Shown piece after piece: positions 60,601 through 64,000 of a stretch of 64,000 nucleotides of DNA. The DNA comes from Ascidiella aspersa. Lineage: Eukaryota. Below the pieces are notes generated by a model, which had not been told where the DNA came from, searched no databases, and saw nothing but the letters and a program-made list of their open reading frames with translations. Location: the NCBI GenBank assembly GCA_963924565.1, contig OZ004615.1, forward strand, positions 18,662,001-18,726,000, written 5' to 3'. Each line of letters begins with the position of its first letter. Position 1 is the first letter of the stretch. A program made the translations under genes and the position numbers.

Positions 60601-61075
60601 ATTTTAAAAAATCATTAAATAGGAGTTTTATAGAGGCCAGCCAAATATGGTTGTCAGGGGACTGTTAGGCATGGTTTGTTTGCCTATTTAGACCACTTAC
60701 CTTCATGAATGGAAACAAGCATATGAGAGTTGTCGTAAAATTCTTCGCCACCTTCATCTTCCTCTTCACTATTTTCATTATTATCATCCAGGTCAACAGC
60801 ATCAAGATTCGCTGACAAGTCACCTTAATTAAACACAATGGTTTTAAGTGGCCCATGACAATCAGAGTTTTAGGTACCGATTTATTTCAGTATATCAAAT
60901 TAACATCTTGCAAAAACTTATATTGAGACTTTATTGTTTTAAAAAGTTTTACTCTTAGCAGAACAGTTAAGCACAAAATTTTACTAAAAGTTAACATTAT
61001 TATGACATAATTGACTACAGCTTACTAACAATAGCTTAACTTACCCTCTTTGATTTCTATTTCCTCGGGATCCAT
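54672..61075 (-). CDS. AAMP: Angio-associated migratory cell protein (AAMP/Sqt1-type WD40 protein), about 389 aa
   Basis: Exons (minus): 61045-61075, 60701-60823, 60189-60308, 59623-59762, 59154-59255, 58749-58878, 58113-58228, 57700-57773, 57291-57381, 56290-56444, 54672-54759; acidic N-terminus, [58 protein letters not shown]. Confidence 0.93.
55032..56260. mobile_element. Non-autonomous hAT-like element in the last AAMP intron
   Basis: TIR cagtggcttatccag / ctggatacgcccctg; perfect TSD cagagatt. Confidence 0.88.
55433..55818. mobile_element. hAT MITE nested in 55032-56260
   Basis: TIR ctggggtcggcaac / gttgccgacccctg; TSD gtgtaaga/gtgtgaga. Confidence 0.85.
60362..60673. repeat. Two-copy ~160-bp tandem duplication in AAMP intron 2
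   Basis: ggtattattttagagttaagccaaa...gggactgttaggcatg twice. Confidence 0.9.
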
Positions 61076-61872
61076 TTTTATATTTTATACTTAAGCAACT
61101 GGTTATGGTTTGTAAAAAAACAGCAAATCTGAAATATGTTCTAATAAAGCGTAAAAAATAATTGCGCAAAGCCTTTCTGTGTTCTAAACACACAGGTAAA
61201 TAATAATGTGTCTTAAAACATGACTGGACATGATATTTTGATTTTCTTGTGCATCTGACAACTTGTATCGCACCATATACACATGAAATATCTCATTAAA
61301 AACATGTAAAGTGGCGGTACTTTATGATGTATGAGGCAAGTAAAAGCAAGGTCAACATAAAGAGGTATCAAATAATGAAGTACTTGGGTACAAAGTTTGA
61401 TGATCAATAAAACTTCAAAGGTGAAAATAGACATTTCCAAAATATTACAATATTGTCATTCTGAAGGAAAATGTTAAACCTTTTTAAAATATAACAATAA
61501 CATCCCCCAATAGGTAAATCAAATAAATACTTACTTAGAAAGTAATGGTGCTGAATTAAATGTCAAATAAAAATGACTATATCAAACTAAAATATTTAAA
61601 GAATGTTTTCTAAACCAGTGAAAGTAACCCACAATGTCAATACATAACTTAATATAAATAAAGTGGCGAATAATGCATAAATTAAAAAAACACAAATTTT
61701 ATAGACAGCAATGGGAGACAATAAATAATATAACATAATTGTTATACATTACCGTGTTTCACAGGAAAAATCTGCTAACTTGTTAGTTTATATTAGTAAC
61801 ACTGCTTCAGTACCTGATTAAAGGTCTTAGATTGGTCACCGAAAATCAATAGGAAATTTCTAAACAGGCATA

Positions 61873-62451
61873 TTATTTTTTTATAAACTCTAACAAACCT
61901 TTTACACTGTAGCTGTTATTCAGGATATGCGAAATTAATGTACCCATTAAAACTTCATTACATTTCAGTCCAATAATCCTATAATGCGCCGGAAGCAGTA
62001 CGAAGTTCGCCGACTGTAAAACCGGCCAGAAAACTAAATCGGCCCCTAAAAGAAGTGGAACCTTGTTCTTAAACTCCTCTTGAAATTCCTTGTAAGACAG
62101 CGATTTTAAGAAGCTCAAAAAGCCGAGATAACCAAAGTAGAAAATCGGTGCCACCGCAACGTCCCAAAACACTTTCTTGAAAATCATTCTTCCAGCCCTG
62201 CCGGGAAATCTCGAGTCCAAAAATTTGTACCAAAAATGCACGACCGGTCCAAAACCGAACGCCACAGTCGTCATGTTTTTGCTCCTTTCGAAATTCCAGC
62301 TCTTTTCCGGAGACCTTGTTTCCACAAATTGGGCAACGCTGTCGGCAATGCCGCCCATCGTACCGGCCGTTATTGTGTTGGTTACCACCGCATATCGTCC
62401 AGTGTAAAATGATCGAAACGTTTTTGTGAAGCGATTAAATCGTCCTGTCAT
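61873..62451 (-). CDS. MPV17L2: Mpv17/PMP22 family protein, MPV17L2-like, intronless, 192 aa
   Basis: VTNT...G..D..AQ, GPVVHFWYKFLD..FPG, KKVFWD..VAP, ADLVFWPVLQSANF.LLP..YR; in-frame stop upstream of the ATG. Confidence 0.85.
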   Translation of the reverse strand: MTGRFNRFTKTFRSFYTGRYAVVTNTITAGTMGGIADSVAQFVETRSPEKSWNFERSKNMTTVAFGFGPVVHFWYKFLDSRFPGRAGRMIFKKVFWDVAVAPIFYFGYLGFLSFLKSLSYKEFQEEFKNKVPLLLGADLVFWPVLQSANFVLLPAHYRIIGLKCNEVLMGTLISHILNNSYSVKGLLEFIKK

Positions 62452-62734
62452 ACTTAAGAGCGGTAAAACCTCTTGGATTTATACCCTACCCGGTTCAACT
62501 TAACTTTCCTTCTTGTAAGCCTTGAACAGTGGCACACAGGCTATTATTTTTTGTTTTAAAAACAGTACACCTTGCTTGAAAATTGCACAACACAACAATC
62601 ATGTGGAACAAAAAAATCCCCAGAATGTCGACTCATGGCACACCTGGATGCGCTTGAGTGATCTTAATAGAAATCTCTACCATCCTACCTAAATCTGTTT
62701 TACTTTTTTTGCTAGAAGTCTGTCGTACATTTAC

Positions 62735-63199
62735 AAGTGTTGCAATGACTTAAGTCAATGACTTAAGTGCACTAAAGTAACTGCCTTTAAATGACTTGAC
62801 TTAACTCAAGTCTTTTGGGCAAATGACTTAGGTTGAAATGAAGTGTTTTCTGTGAGTCTTTTTTTTATAAAATTGAGCTATTAATTCAAATGGTTGCACG
62901 TAAAACAATTTGCTTCCTATATGTTACGTTTTTTCTTATTTTTTAGTTCAGTTATTTCTCCTAATCGTATGAGTTTAAAAGTTCCAATAGTTTATCGTTT
63001 TATTTTTATGACAAGGACGTGACTTGAAGTTGACTTGCTCTAATTATGACTTGACTGGGACTTGACTTGCACAACTGATGACTTGGACTGGGACTTGACT
63101 TGCACAACTGATGACTTGGACTGGGACTTGACTTGTTATTTATTCAAAAAGACTTGACTGGGAATTAAGTCATTTCAAAATGACTTGTTTATAACACTG
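62735..63199. mobile_element. hAT MITE with gactt subterminal repeats, between nvd and MPV17L2
   Basis: Ends aagtgttgcaa / ttataacactg; perfect TSD acatttac; internal ~32-bp tandem repeat at 63048-63135. Confidence 0.85.
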
Positions 63200-63651
63200 A
63201 CATTTACGTTACACAATGCTGTATTGAGTTTTTATTTTATTTTCAAATAAATAATAAAAAACGCGGCAGAACAAACAGTTTAAAATATACATTCATTTCT
63301 GTAAAGGCCAATATTTTGAAATTAAATTGCCATAAGTTTTGTTTTATAAACAAAAAGGATAAGCAAAACAGCGTCTACATTCTTCTCTTAAATGCTCTTG
63401 AATTACAATGCAAATAAATTTGGCTTTCTGTGTTTATTGCAATAGCACACCTATCTTGCGTTTAAACATCATTAATTTATGCCACAGTTCAACTATAATA
63501 CACAATTCAGCCGAAAAGAATGTATAGTTATCATACCGAATCCCAAGCATCTTATGGACAAATATATTGTCGCTCCGAACAATTTCGAGCGGAGGCGAGC
63601 AGCACTAAAAAAACGAAAAACGCCGGCGTAAAAATGCGAACGACGGATAAA

Positions 63652-63837
63652 TCACCAATCGTCCAAGTCGGGCCTGGCTGGAAGAATCAGCTTGCCCTGC
63701 TTGTTTAATCTCGGGCTATTCTCTGAGTAGAACTGCTGATACCACCTTCTGTGCTTGGCGAGGGTGGATTCCTCTTTCAGCAAGACTGGATTGCGCAGGT
63801 ACGTCTTGTTGTTCCACATCAGGATGTCGCGCTCAAT
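63652..63837 (-). CDS. nvd: Cholesterol 7-desaturase neverland/DAF-36 (Rieske oxygenase), last exon only
   Basis: ccgcag|[44 protein letters not shown]...DDW*, matching the conserved Nvd C-terminus; the rest of the gene lies beyond the window end. Confidence 0.85.
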   Translation of the reverse strand: MERDILMWNNKTYLRNPVLLKEESTLAKHRRWYQQFYSENSPRLNKQGKLILPARPDLDDW

Positions 63838-64000
63838 CTGCGGTGAACCCAAAATCGTTTTTAGGTACCGGTACCGTATTATAGGCCACATCAATATATT
63901 TCATAGTCAGATGTAAAAATATTGTACCATCAGTTTGTTATAGGACTAATATTGAGATTTTCTAAATGACTATACTCAAGTCAATTGGGCCGGACTCTCG

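Overview
Intron-rich, AT-rich animal genomic DNA. Gene content and style suggest an invertebrate chordate such as an ascidian; this is inference. The + strand from 473 to 41815 holds the 3' part of an EGFR/ErbB receptor tyrosine kinase gene, from the domain II dimerisation arm to the stop codon. I traced 24 GT-AG exons by hand in a continuous reading frame, plus a cluster of THREE paralogous phase 1-1 exons (6210-6335, 6895-7014, 8336-8461). Each of the three encodes the C-terminal segment of ligand-binding domain III (L2), so they look like mutually exclusive alternatives: a candidate ligand-specificity switch analogous to FGFR IIIb/IIIc. This is the main finding. The - strand carries four co-oriented genes convergent with EGFR: the last exon of neverland/DAF-36, an intronless MPV17L2-like gene, AAMP (11 exons) and UNC50 (9 exons); these may be partly polycistronic. 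Introns and intergenic DNA contain many hAT MITEs with 8-bp TSDs (some nested), a tRNA-derived SINE inside a 50-bp minisatellite, a pogo-type transposase relic, and long palindromes carrying minimal hammerhead-ribozyme motifs, one in sense orientation in the probable EGFR 3' UTR. All coordinates were read by eye; no database searches were run.
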